A stretch of DNA of 64,000 nucleotides from Chiloscyllium plagiosum (lineage: Eukaryota): assembly GCF_004010195.1 (NCBI RefSeq), contig NC_057719.1, positions 90,039,603 through 90,103,602 of the forward strand, read 5' to 3'. Below, piece by piece: positions 24,878 through 37,495 of this stretch (position 1 is its first letter; the number at the start of each line of letters is the position of its first letter). The position numbers were made by a program, and so were the translations under genes. The notes beneath the pieces were generated by a model that searched no databases, was not told the origin of the DNA, and saw nothing but the letters and a program-made list of their open reading frames with translations.

Positions 24878-25379
24878 ATTAAAACACTATTCTGGTTCTT
24901 TCCATTATAATTCCTCTGACCTTGTTTCTGAGAGAAGAATTTAAAGTATGAAATCTAGTTTAATGTGGTAAAGAATAACACAACTCCCTGTCGGAGAATA
25001 AAAAGTTAAAAGCAAAGACTCGTTGAAGAGTAAGATTACGCAACTGATTGTACTCTTGAGAAATCTCACCTTGGATTACTGAACCAGATCCTGGCGAAGA
25101 ACAAATGTCGGAGGTGTAAGGAGTTTTCAATCTCACACTCAGAATCTGATCTTTTTGTTCTGAATTAATTCCTGAATAGTGTTTAGTTTCTAAAGCCTGT
25201 GTGTGCAGTAATTGTTTTGTTTAGTTATCTTTCTGCTCCACCCATTGAGAATTGTCTTCATTAGTAAAATGATAGACTGATTCTTTGTCCATCTATGACT
25301 TGTTCCCTGAAGCTGGATATGGCAAGGCCTATTGGGGCACACTTACTATTCCTATACAGAGGATATGAATTACGTAAAA

Positions 25380-25618
25380 CCTTCTCGCCCTCCCTCCCAT
25401 TCATCCACTTTCCCTCCCTCCTTCCCCTTTTCCAACCTCCCTCTTTCCCACCCTTCCTCCCTCTTACTGTCCCTCCTCTTTGCCTCCCCTCTTGCCTTTC
25501 CCTCCCTCCTCCTTCCTCCCCCACTTTCCCTCTTCTCTTCCCCGCTTTTCCTCTTCCCTTCTTCCTCTTTTCCATCTTCCCTCCCTAACTCAGGCTCTTC
25601 CCCTTCCTCCACCCTGCC
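25380..25618. repeat. CT-rich low-complexity polypyrimidine tract
   Basis: ~240 bp almost entirely C/T on +, ending ~130 bp before the exon at 25746. Confidence 0.9.
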
Positions 25619-25745
25619 CAAAGCTGCAAACTTTCGCATTGTAGTTAAGAAAATGCCACATTACTTTTTTTTTGTTGAGATATTTCTTTACATGGTTGCA
25701 CTTTTATTTTCTGTCTAATGCCAACCCCCGTAAATCTTTTCACAG

Positions 25746-25981
25746 TCCGATCTCGCCCGCAGGAGGCTAAGTGATGACAACTCTTATCAAGAGCGGAATG
25801 GCCAATCTCAGAGTGCCAGCAGGCAGACTCAGGAGGAGGATGAGAGTGATGATGAAGAACTGACCCTTAAATATGGGGCCAAGCATGTCATCATGCTGTT
25901 TGTGCCAGTCACCTTGTGCATGGTGGTGGTGGTGGCAACGATCAAATCGGTGACCTTTTACACACGGAAAGAAGGCCAGTT
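25746..25981 (+). CDS. PSEN1: Presenilin-1 exon (N-terminal loop and TM1)
   Basis: Acceptor cttttcacag. Encodes [11 protein letters not shown]...[45 protein letters not shown]. Phase-2 donor TT|GTAAGT. Confidence 0.97.
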
Positions 25982-27060
25982 GTAAGTGCTTCCTTCCCCT
26001 TACGTGTTTCATGCAATTCTTGCTTTGTCAAATCATCTCTTCTCCTTGTGGTGAGCAGATGTTTTCTATGTTTCAAAGGCAGTGCACTTTTAGTATGTGG
26101 TTTCATATCTCCTATGGCTTCCAATAATTGGAAAGATGGTGACTATCTTTGTGTGCTCAGGGTAGTTTTCCTGCAGCATGTCTTCAGACAAAGAGAGGCT
26201 AGACCACATTAGAACTTCCTGTTGCTTTAATGAATCAGATTCAGTTCTCAGGCCAACCGCGTGTGAAGATTTATCAAATGGTAATTATAATATGGTAAGC
26301 ATACTAGTAAATGTTTGAAAGGGAGAACTGTCGAGTTTCTAGATTTGGGTGCAGTTGACTTCAGTCATCTCCCAGATGATGACCATCTATAGTCAACTAA
26401 GCAAATTTGTTAATGGGTAAAATAGATGTTCGTAAAAGCAAAATGTGATATCCAACCAGTTTGTATCCTTAAAGTATCAGAGCTTTACTTCCAAGTTAAA
26501 ACACCATAGGCATGTAAAAGAGACATGAAACAAAGAAAAATGTGCTAAGCAATGGCACATTGCTTCCTGGTTAATGGAAAGTCTGCAAAAAACGGCAAAA
26601 GATGAGAAAACGATGCTGTATGATCGGAGAATGAAAAGAAACTTCTAAGAAATGTCAAAATGAGCTGTTTTTATAATTTACTTGATGAAAGTGTGGGTGA
26701 ACAGGTGCAATATGGGAAGCTTGTGTTTTTGTGGCCAATACGTTGATTAAGGATATAGTGGATGTGCTGACTGATTACTTTATGACAGTTTGAAAGAATA
26801 CACTGAATGTTCCAAGAAAGCTAATCTTGATCCAACAGTTAATAAAATTGATGTAAGTCCAGCTCTAACAATCTATCTTAGAATAGTCATAGCGCAAGGA
26901 CAGGCTGTTTTGCTCATTGTATAGATGCTGCAGTACCTAATAGCAGTTCGCCTAATGCCATTTCCCTTACTTTTGCCAGAAGGTCTGGATATTTTTCTTC
27001 CAAATAATGACCCAATTCCCTCTGTCATTCAACAACTGAATCTACCCTCCATCATCAGCT

Positions 27061-27142
27061 GGTGGTGTGGCCGAGCGTTCTAAGGCGCTGGATCCAGGTT
27101 CTAGTCTCTAAGGAGGCGTGGGTTCAAATCTCACGGCTGTCA
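27061..27142 (+). pseudogene. tRNA-Leu pseudogene (Leu-AAG/TAG-type body; anticodon position now reads CAG)
   Basis: ggtggtgtggccgagcgttctaaggcgctggatccaggttctagtctctaaggaggcgtgggttcaaatctcacggctgtca aligns without gaps to the 82-nt vertebrate tRNA-Leu. Acceptor stem is degraded to G-T pairs and a mismatch. Confidence 0.8.
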
Positions 27143-27164
27143 TTTGTGTGCGTTGCCAGTTTTG

Positions 27165-27485
27165 GGGTGGTACGGTGGCTCAGTGGTTAGCACTGCTGCC
27201 TCACAGCACCAGGGTCCCAGGTTCGATTCCAGCCTCGGGCGACTGTCTATGTGGAGTTTGCACATTCTCCCAGTGTCTGCGTGGGTTTCCTCCGGGTGCT
27301 CCGGTTTCCTCCCACAGTCCAAAGATGTGCAGGTCAGGTGAATTGGCCATGCTAAATTGCCCATAGGTTAAGTGCGTTAGTCAGAGGGGAAATGGGTCTG
27401 GGTGGGTTACTCTTCGGAGGGTCAGTGTGGACCTGTTGGGCCAAAGGGCCTGTTTCCACACTGTAGGGAATCTAATCTAATCTAA
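27165..27485 (+). mobile_element. HE1-type V-SINE with (AATCT)n tail
   Basis: Full head, V-domain and tail. Confidence 0.92.
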
Positions 27486-27769
27486 TATTCACAGGCAGTG
27501 TGTTCCAAATTCTAATCCCTTTCTGATTTTAAAAGACCCTTTCTTCACGTGCTACCATTGCCTCTTTTATCAATTACCTTAAACCCATGTCCTCTGCTTT
27601 ACAATGCTTTTACTAATGGGAACAGTTTGTCTCTATCTAGTGTGTCCAGACTGTTTATGATTTTGAAAACTTTGATAAAATCTCCTCTCAAATTGCCATT
27701 CTCCTGAATCTGTTCTATTCCAGTTGAGGGTAAATTGGTGCTTTGTATAGGTTTATCATAATCCATCTG

Positions 27770-28675
27770 GGAGAAAGTGAGGACTGCAGATGCTAGAGAT
27801 CGGAATCGGGAGTGTGGTGCTGGGAAAGCACAGCAGGTCAGGCAGCATCTGAGGAGCAGGAGAATCGACATTCCGGGCAAAAGCCCTTCATCAGGAATGA
27901 TGAAAGGCTTTTACCCGAAACGTCGATTCCCCTGCTCCTCGGATTAGATTAGATTNNNNNNNNNNNNNNNNNNNNNNNNNNNNNNNNNNNNNNNNNNNNN
28001 NNNNNNNNNNNNNNNNNNNNNNNNNNNNNNNNNNNNNNNNNNNNNNNNNNNNNNNNNNNNNNNNNNNNNNNNNNNNNNNNNNNNNNNNNNNNNNNNNNNN
28101 NNNNNNNNNNNNNNNNNNNNNNNNNNNNNNNNNNNNNNNNNNNNNNNNNNNNNNNNNNNNNNNNNNNNNNNNNNNNNNNNNNNNNNNNNNNNNNNNNNNN
28201 NNNNNNNNNNNNNNNNNNNNNNNNNNNNNNNNNNNNNNNNNNNNNNNNNNNNNNNNNNNNNNNNNNNNNNNNNNNNNNNNNNNNNNNNNNNNNNNNNNNN
28301 NNNNNNNNNNNNNNNNNNNNNNNNNNNNNNNNNNNNNNNNNNNNNNNNNNNNNNNNNNNNNNNNNNNNNNNNNNNNNNNNNNNNNNNNNNNNNNNNNNNN
28401 NNNNNNNNNNNNNNNNNNNNNNNNNNNNNNNNNNNNNAATTTAGCATGGCCAATTCACCTAACCTGCACATCTTTGGACTGTGGGAGGAAACCGGAGCAC
28501 CCGGAGGAAACCCACGCAGACACTGGGAGAACGTACAAACTCCACACAGTCAGTTGCCTGAGGCGGAAATTGAACCCGGGTCTCTGGCGCTGTGAGGCAG
28601 CAGTGCTAACCACTGTGCCACCGTGCCGCCCACAAGATGCTGCTTGACCTGCTGTGCTTTTTCAGCACCGCACTA
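27770..28675. mobile_element. Palindromic PLE mini-element interrupted by a - strand V-SINE (27943-28632)
   Basis: Left arm to cccttcatcagg; right arm tgatgaaaggcttttacccgaaacgtcg continues after the SINE with gatgctgcttgacctgctgtgc. Confidence 0.8.
27956..28437. other. Assembly gap (N run) inside a SINE
   Basis: 482 Ns flanked by SINE tail and SINE body. Confidence 0.99.
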
Positions 28676-29899
28676 TTGTCAAAATCCATGTCCCAATTTA
28701 TGAAGCCCTGATCTTGTATGCTTTATTAACTGTGCTCAACCTGTCCTATTATCTTCAAATGAGCTGTGCGCATGTACACCTAGGTTCTTTTGATCCTGCA
28801 TCCCTCTTAGAACTGTACCCTTTATGATGTCTTTCCGATTCTTCCTATCAAATGTATTATTTCACACTTCTCTGCATTAATTTCCCTTGAAATATGGCTG
28901 TCTTTTCCACCAGTCTGATTAGCTGTTAAAGCTTGCTTGGCTTTCCTACTAACAACGAGAGAACAAGAAAAAATTAAAGTATTAAAGATCCTTTTTGATG
29001 GCTTCTCACCGCATGGTGGGGGAGCCCAGCAATCCTGAGTGTGTGCTTACACACTAGGCAGCGCTGCAAGCAGTCTCCCATGTGATTATACAAACCAAGG
29101 CTTTTTATGCCTTTTTTAAAAAAAGAGGCGTTTCCTGGAGTTTCGTGTGCAACCGCCCCCAATTCAGTTACTGCTGGGACAAGCCTTTGGTCACGTGCAC
29201 TCGTTATCTTGCTGTTCTTTGTTTCTTTATTTTCTTTGATTACACTTGGCCATGTCCAAGTTAACCATACCCTGCCCCGACACGATTTTGTTTAACATAT
29301 CAGTTATATCAGTTTCAAGCAAACTAAAATATACCCTAAAATGTACCATTCTTACATAGCTTTCTGAAGTTTAGCATTATCCTCCTTTTGCAGTACTTCC
29401 AAGCTCCACATCCACAAATTTTGAAATTTTCTCCATACACAACATTGTTGTGCATTAGTATGGATCAAGAAAAACCAGTATCCTAACACTGATCTCTGGG
29501 TAATTCTGCTATGAGCCTTTTTCCAACCTGAAAGAGTGATGACGAACCATTGCTTACCTGACACTCAGCTAATTTCATATCTAGTTACTGCTGTCTTTTA
29601 TTCGATGAGTTCCAACTTTGCCACACAGCAGACTCGTGAACACTTTATCTCTAGCTTTACAGAAGCCCATGTCAACAGACTTACCCAGGTACTGATCCTC
29701 CCTGTTACCACATCAAAAAATTCCAAAATTAGTTAAATGAAAGACCATGGGACCAAATGACTTCCAGTACAGATGCACATTTGTAGTTTTATAAAACTAT
29801 CTTTAAAACTGCTGCTTTAGCATGGAATGCTGGCAATACAACATTGGTATCTATTTGACCAGGTAGATACCAGTCCGGAAAAATCAGAACAAATCCAAA

Positions 29900-30810
29900 A
29901 TGGTCTAATTCCACCCCAGTCTTGATCACCAAAGGGCTGCATGATGTTGTTGATGGTGCTATCAAGCTGCACTTAATGCAGTAATAACCAGTTCACTATG
30001 TTCACTTTTTGGTTCTGTCATGTAGCTTCTGACCTCATTACAACCTCACTCCAAACATAGACTAAAGGACTGAACTCTAGGTGAGGTGGCACTAATTACT
30101 CTTGACCAAGAATAGCATCAAGGAACCCGGAGGGAATGATGGAGGACAATAATCTCAGGCCCAGACACCATTACAGGAGTTCCTCGGCTTAAATATCTTT
30201 GGCTGCTACATCAATGGTCTTCCCTTCTTTGGTCAAAAATGAGGGTGTTCGCTGGTTGTACAATATTTAACATCATTTGTAACTCCTCAGAAACAGTTGT
30301 AGCAAAACCTGAATAATATCTAACATTGGGCTGATAAGTAGCAAGAAACCATGTACCATGTAAGTACCAGGCAATAGCCATCTCTAGTGATAGAGAACCT
30401 AAACATCTCTTTTTGATATTCAGTGAATTACTGTCACTGACTTTCCTTCAACATATTGGATTTACAAATGTAATATGTGGCTACAAGAGCTGAGCTGGCT
30501 GGATGGGTGCACCTCCAACAACACTCAAGAAACTTTAGGATAAAGCAGCCTGCTTGATTACCACCCCATCAATTACCTTCAACGTGTACCTCCATCACCA
30601 CCAACATTCCTGTGTACGCAGTGCAGTAACTCCTGAAGGTTCCTCTGACAGCATCTTCCAAAGCTGTGACCTCCGTCACCTAGAAAGGCAATGGCAGCAG
30701 ATGCATGGAAACACCCACCACCTACAAGTTTTTTCTAGGCCTTGGAAATATATCACTATTCCTTCAGTGTCAGTGCGCCAAAATCCTGGAATTCCCTCCC
30801 TACCAGCATC
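29900..30810 (+). mobile_element. Degenerate L2/CR1-like LINE
   Basis: Similar to 60480-61050 (gtggctacaagagc..., aaaatcctggaattccctccc). Confidence 0.6.
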
Positions 30811-30949
30811 AGTCCTTTTATTTATTATTATTCGTGCATGGAGCTGAAGATGGTGTGGGGAATAATAGGGGATACTCTCTGAGTGGAGGTAGAGTGGACT
30901 TAATGGAATGCTACATGTATCTATTGGAACATCAATCATTGATTCACTC

Positions 30950-31975
30950 ATTAGAACCATACAGCATGGAAAGAGACACTTCTGTCCAACCAGTCCATAA
31001 ACCGAACATAAACCGAAACTAAACTAGTCCCACCTGCCTGCTCCTGGCCCATATCTGTCCAAACCTTTCCTATTTATGTACTTAACTGAGTGTCTTTTGA
31101 ATGTTGTAACTGTGTCCATGTCCACTAATTCCTCAGGAAGTTTGTTCCACATGTAAACCACCCTCTGCGTAAACACAAAATTCACCTCTCATGTCTTTTT
31201 TAAATCGCTCTCCCCTCACGTTAAAAACGTCCCCTCATCTTGAAATCCACCATCCTAGGGAAAGACACCTACCATTAACCCTATCTTATACACCTTATAA
31301 TTTTGTAAATCTCAACAGGGTGACATTTCAACCTCCTCCGATTCCAGTGAAAAATATTCTTGGTTATCCAGTCTTTCTTTATAACTCAAACCTTCAAACC
31401 CAGCAACATCCTGGGAATTCTCTTCTGAGCCCTCTCTAGCTTAATAATATCCTCCCTATAACAGCACAACCAGAACTGGACATAATAGTCCAGAAGAGGT
31501 CTCACCAATGTCCTATACAACCTCGACGTGACTTCCCAACTCCAATACTATAAAGGATTGAGCAATGAAAGCAAGCATGGTAAACATATCCTGTATATGC
31601 AACGGAAACTTTAAAGAATTATTCACCTGAACCCATAGGTCCCTTTGTTCTGCAACACTACCCAAGGCCCTACCATTAATTGTATAAATCCTACCCCTGT
31701 GTACCAAAATGCAATACCTCGCATTTATCCAGATTGAACTCCATCTGCCATTTTTCAGCCCTATTTGATCACGATCCTTCGTAATCTTAGAAAATCTCCT
31801 TCACTGTTCACTATGCACTAATTTTGATGTCGTCTGCAAATTTACTAATCATGTCTTCTATATTCTCGTCCAAGTCATTTATATAAATTTCAAACAAAAG
31901 AGGACCCAGAACCAATCCCTGTGGAACACTGCTGATTACAAGCCTCCAGTCGGAAAAGCAGCCCTCCACCACCAT
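30950..31975 (-). mobile_element. CR1 LINE 3' fragment
   Basis: YTINGRALGSVAEQRDL and KFADDIK remnants on - strand. Confidence 0.85.
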
Positions 31976-32287
31976 ATTAGATTAGTTTCCCTACAGTATT
32001 TAAACAAGTCCACACCAAGCCTCCAAAGAGTAATCCACCCAGACCCATTTCCCTACACTATATTTCACCCAGACTAATGCACCTAATGCTATAGGCAGTT
32101 AGCCTGACCAGTTCACCTGATCTGCGCATCTTTGGATTGTGGGAGGAAACCGGAGCACCCGGAGGAAACCCACACAGACACTGAGAATGTGCAAACTCCA
32201 GACAGGCACTCGCCGGAGGCTGGAATTAAATCCGGGTCCCTGGCACTGTGGGGCAGCAGTGCTAACCACTGAGCCATTGTGCCGCCT
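31976..32287 (-). mobile_element. HE1-type V-SINE
   Basis: V-domain and head. Confidence 0.85.
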
Positions 32288-32779
32288 ACTCTGTCTCTGG
32301 CTGTCAGACCAATTATGTATCCAATTGGCAAACTCACTCTGAATCTCATGTGACTTAACTTTACTAAATAGTCTACTGTGCGGATCCTTGTCAAACTCTG
32401 GAACAACTTGGCTGATGGAGTTATAAGCCTACATATGCTAATGACACCATGATTGCAACCGTCTCTGAAGGTTGATTGCTAAAAAGTGTAGTTTCACAGT
32501 TGACCTTGGGAAACCTATAATATCAGAATTGCACACTGCAGTTGGAAAAGCTCAACTGTTGATTTCAGAGCCTGATCAGCTAAGTGTTTGCTTTTAAAAC
32601 TTTTAAGATTTAAATTGTGATTTTTTTTTGTAAATCTATAATAGTAGAGTGAGGGTATATTTTATTGTATGCTTTACTGAGGTCTGTCTCTTGACTGAAT
32701 TTTAATATAAAGGTAGGTACTAAGTTATCCCACAGCAGTGTTTTGAGCGGTAAGACTGTGCTGATACTGAGTTTCTGAG

Positions 32780-35700
32780 CAAAGTGTGTTGTGTTTGTTT
32801 TAGGTATTTTCTGGCTTTGTTGATTATTAAAGGGGCAGGGATGGCTTTTAGAAAAGAGTGATGTGCTCTTTCTGTGACATGTGGGAGATTGGGGTGAATT
32901 TAAACATTCCTGGAGGCTACATCTGCAGGAAATGTGTTTGATTATGAAGCATGTTGGATCGCTTGTATCGTTTGGTGCGGCACTTAGAGACAATGAGGAA
33001 TTTACAGGAGCTGGGAGTGTGATAGATGGTGGTTTTCAGGAAAGTAGAAAAAATGCAGGTACAGCCAGGTAAATGGGTTACCTCTGGGAGAGGTAAGCAG
33101 GTAGTACAGTAGTCTCCTGTAGCTATCCCCATCTCAATCAAGTGTGCTGTTATTGATACTTTATGGTGGCCTCTTTGGAAGTAATATCTGGATTACTCCC
33201 AGTGCCATATGCTAGTGAGAAAAGGAATCTGAGGATAGTGCAAATGAATGTGTGGCTAAGGAGCTGGTGTATGTGTCAAGGATTCACACTTTTGGACCAT
33301 TGGAATCTCTTCGGGGGTAGAAGTGACCTGTATGAGAGGGATGGATTTCGTCTGAATTGGAAGGGGACCAATATCCTGGCGCAGAGATTTGCTAGACTAA
33401 GCAGGAAGCTTTCAATTAATAAATGTTTTGGTGGCAAGGGGTACCCAAAGAGAGAAGTCTGAGGCTGATACAGTAGATAAGGGGAGCAAGTTAATTAGCC
33501 AAGGCAGACAAAAGTATGGCAGAGAACGAGGTGAAACTGATAAATTAAACTGTATTTATCTCAAATCAAGAGGCCTGACAGTTAAGGCAGTTGAACTTAG
33601 AGCATGAATAGGAACACGGGACGGGGATATCAAAGCTATAACAGAAATGTGGCTCAGGGAGGGGCAGGACTGGCACCTTAATGTTGTGTGGTATAGATGC
33701 TATACAAAGGGGGGAAAGAGAGGGGGAGGCTTGACATTTGTGATGATGGATAGCACTATGGTTGTACTTGGAGATGATATTTAGGGAGAACGTCCAGTGA
33801 AATTATGTAAGTGGAACTGAGAAATAGGAAAGGGATGATCACTTTATTGGGACTATAGTGTAGGCGCCCCAATAGTCAAGATATCAAGAAGCAAATATGT
33901 AGGGAGATCTCTGCTATATGTAAGAATAATAGGGTTGTATTGGAAGGAGATTTTAACTTCTAAACATAGACTGAGACTGCCATAGTATTAAGGGCTTGGA
34001 TGGAGAGGAATTTATTAAATGTGTACAAGAAAATTTTCTTATTCTTTATGTAGATGACCCTAGTAGAAAAGGAGAAAAACTTGCCCTTGTGAAATAAGGC
34101 AGAGCAAATGTGTGACTGGGGGAAAACTTTGAGACAATTGATCTAAATTCTATTGTTTTAAAATAGTTGTGGAAAAGGATACACCTGATTTAAAAGTTAG
34201 TTCTAAATTGGAGTAAAGCTAATTTTGACAGTATTAGGCATAAACTTCCAAAAATTGACTGCGGAGGCTATTTGCAGGTAAAGAGACCTATTGAAAGTGG
34301 GCGACTTCAAAATTGAGATAATGGGAATGCAGAGACAGTATGTTCCTGTTAGTGCGAAGAGCAAGGCTGATTAGTGTAGAGAATGCTGGATAACTAGACA
34401 AATTGAGATTCTGGTCAAGAAAGAGGAGACAGCTGGGATCAAGTGAACCCCTTGAGTATAAGGGCAGTAGGAGTATACTTAAGAGGGAAATCAGGAGGAC
34501 AAAAAAGGGTCATGAGGTAGCTTTGGCAAAGAGGTTTAAGGAGAATCCAATGAGATTCTACAAATACATTCAGGACAAAAGAGTAACCTGGCGGTCTATG
34601 TTGTTATGGCCCAGTGGTGAACCCTTCTGTTAAATAAATCAAATACCCAGAAAAGCTCACCTCGCCTCATAATCTGTTAAATTATGAGTGACAGAGAACT
34701 TCCAAATTCCACTATTTAAAGAAAATAGCATCAATTTATTTTTTCACTCTAAATGTGAACATTAAATAACAACTATTCACAACTCGAATCCCCCCCTTTC
34801 TCTTAACTGCTGATTACCTGTCTCCAACTCCATAACAATATACAGTTCCAATAAGACACTTACTAAAATTACATCAACTTAGTTTCAAAATCACACAGCT
34901 GCTGTCGTCTTCAGTGTCTTTCTACTTCTGCCTGCTGAATTCCCTGGGTCATCATCTTTCTTTTTACAGCGAGTGTGTTTCATATGAAAAGGTACCTTTG
35001 ATAGAGAGTGTTTCCTAATTACTTGGGTCTCTCTCAATGACAGTTTCTCTTACTGCAATTTTCAAAATGTCTGCATTTTTATATTCCCAACATCAGATCA
35101 ATGTTGGCAAAACAATAAATTCAAACTCGATTGAGAGTCCAAAACTTAGAGGGCATAGAATCCCTACAGTGTGGAAGCAGGCCATTCAGCGCATCAAGTT
35201 TACACTGCCCCTATGAAGAGCATCCCACCCAATCTACCCCACTTACCCTATCCCTGTAACCCTACATTGCCCATGGCTAATCCATCTCGTCTGCACATTC
35301 CTGGACACTACAGGGCAATTTAGCATAACCTGGGACATAATTTGAACTGGTTAAATTAAAATTGTTGTCAAAACAGCAAACAAAACTCAGGTATCCATTT
35401 CACAGACAAATGTTTCAATTTTCCAGTACACACTGAGACTGCCATCTAGTCATATCACACAGGTGCTTGTCAGCTCTCAGAGCAGAACAGCATTCACAGA
35501 CTCTTAAAGGTACAGTACACGCCTTCAACTTCATAACAATGTGTGGAACCATAGGCACTGGGAGAGACTCCAAATGAAAATTTTGCATCAATATTTACTT
35601 TGGAGAAAGACATTGAAGCTAGGGAACTTGGGGAAATAAATTGTGATGTCTTGAAAAGTTTTCATATTGTAGAAGAGGAAGTGCTGAAGTAGATAAATCC

Positions 35701-36925
35701 CTGGGACCTGATCAGGTGTATCCCAGAGCTTTGTAGGAAGCTAGGGAAGAGATTGCTGTGTCCTTTGCTGATATATATGAATCATTGACCACCACAGGTG
35801 AGTGGACTGAAAACTGGAGGGATGCTTATGTGATGCCATTATTTAAGAAAGGTGATCAGGAAAATCTAACGAAGTATAGACAGTGAGCCTAACATTAGTG
35901 ATGGGTAAGTTGTTGGAGGGGATTCTGAGGGACAGGATTTTCTCGCGTTTGGAAAGACCAAGACTAATTGGGAATAGTCACTGTGGCTTTGTGCATGGTA
36001 AATTGTGTCTCATGGTAACTTGATTGAGTTTCTTGAAGGGGATGACGAAGAAGGTTGATGAAGGCAGAGCAGTAGATGTTCTCTATCTGGACTTCAGCAA
36101 GGCGTTTGACAAGATTCTGCATGATAGACTGGTTAGTCTAGTTCGATCATGTGGAATCCAGGGGGAGCCAACCAATTGGATACAAAATTGGCTTGAAGGT
36201 AGAAGACATGGTGGTGGTAGAGCCTGTGACCAGTGGTATGCAGCAAGAATCTGTGCTGGGTCCACTGCTTTTCATTTATATGAATGATTTAGATGTGAAT
36301 ATAGGAGGTCTGGTAGGTAAATCTGTAGCTGACATCAAAATTGATGGTGTAGTGTACAGAGAAGAAGGTTACCTCAGAGTACAAAGGGGATCTTGATCAG
36401 ATGGGCTAATGGGCTGAGGAGTGACTGATGGAGTTTAATTTAGATAAATGGAAGGTGTTGCATTTTTGTAAGGCAAACAAGGGCAGAAGTTGTATAATTA
36501 ATGATAAGGCTTTGGGACTGTTGCCGAACAGAGACCGAGGGTTGCAGGTGTGTAATTTCTTGAAAGTGGAGTTGTAGGTAGTCAGGATGGTGACATACTA
36601 GCCTTCATTGGTCAGTGCATTGAGTATAGGAGTTGGGATGTCATGTTGCAGCTGTACAGGACATGGATGAAGCCACTTTTTGATTACTGCATACAATTCT
36701 GGTCTGCCTGCAATGCCTAAAGATGTTAAACTTGAAAGCGTTCAGAAAAGATTTACAAGAATGTTACTGGGTATAGAGGGTTTGATCTATAGGGAGAGGC
36801 TCAATAGGCCTGGAACATTGGAAGCTGAGGAGTGACCTTATAGAGGTTTATAAAACGTGGGGCATGGATAGGGTGAATAGTGAAGGTCGTCTTCTTTGGG
36901 TAGTGGAGTCCAAAACTAGAGAGCA
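32780..36925 (+). mobile_element. Decayed near full-length CR1 LINE, interrupted by a solo LTR
   Basis: ORF1 ISGLLPVP...MNVWLRSWC...GFTLLDHW...LYERDG. EN remnants at 33540-34200. RT VDEGRAVDVLYLDFSKAFDK...VTSGM...GPLLFIYMNDLD. Confidence 0.88.
34602..35538. mobile_element. Solo LTR (Gypsy-type, 4-bp TSD)
   Basis: Ends TGTTATG...CATAACA; TSD ATGT at 34598-34601 and 35539-35542; the CR1 sequence resumes afterwards. Confidence 0.85.
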
Positions 36926-37225
36926 TAGAATCCCTACAGTGTGGAAGCAGGCCATTCAGCCCATCAAGTTCACACTGACCCTATGAAGAGCATCCCACCC
37001 AACCTACCCCACTTACCCTATCCCTGTAACCCTACATTGCCCATGGCTAATCCATCTAGTCTGCACCTTCCTGGACACTACAGGGCAATTTAGCATAACC
37101 GATCTACCTAACCTGCACATCTTTGGACTGTGGGAGGAAACCAGAGCACCTGGAGGAAACCTACACAAACACAGAGAATGTGCAAGCTCCACACAGACAG
37201 TCACCTGAGGTTAGAATCAAACCTT
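36925..37225 (-). mobile_element. HE1-type V-SINE, truncated
   Basis: Tail and V-domain. Confidence 0.85.
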
Positions 37226-37495
37226 GGGACCCTGCAATGCCTCATCTTCCGCCTTGGGACCCTGCAATTACACGGGATTAATGTGGATTTCACCAGTTTC
37301 CTCGTTTCCCCTCCCCACCTTATTCGAGTCCCAAACCTCCAAATAGGCACCACCCTCTTGACCTGTCCATCTTCCTTCCCACCTATCCGCTTTACCCTCC
37401 TGTCCGACCTATCACCTTCCTATGCCCGAAACATCGATTCTCCTGCTCCTTGGATGCTTCCTTGACCTCCGCTTTTCCAGCACCACACTCTCGAC
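37226..37495 (+). mobile_element. PLE 3' fragment
   Basis: LIFRLGTLQLHGINVDFTSFL followed by a terminal repeat with tatgcccgaaacatc. Confidence 0.8.

Noticed and set aside
25261..25718. Pro/Ser-rich and Arg/Gly/Glu-rich ORFs
   Set aside because: Translations of a CT-rich low-complexity tract.
27061..27142. Functional tRNA-Leu(CAG)
   Set aside because: The acceptor stem is mostly G-T pairs plus a mismatch, and there are D-loop and T-arm changes; treated as a pseudogene.
27944..28471. 175-aa ORF
   Set aside because: Artefact of the N gap.
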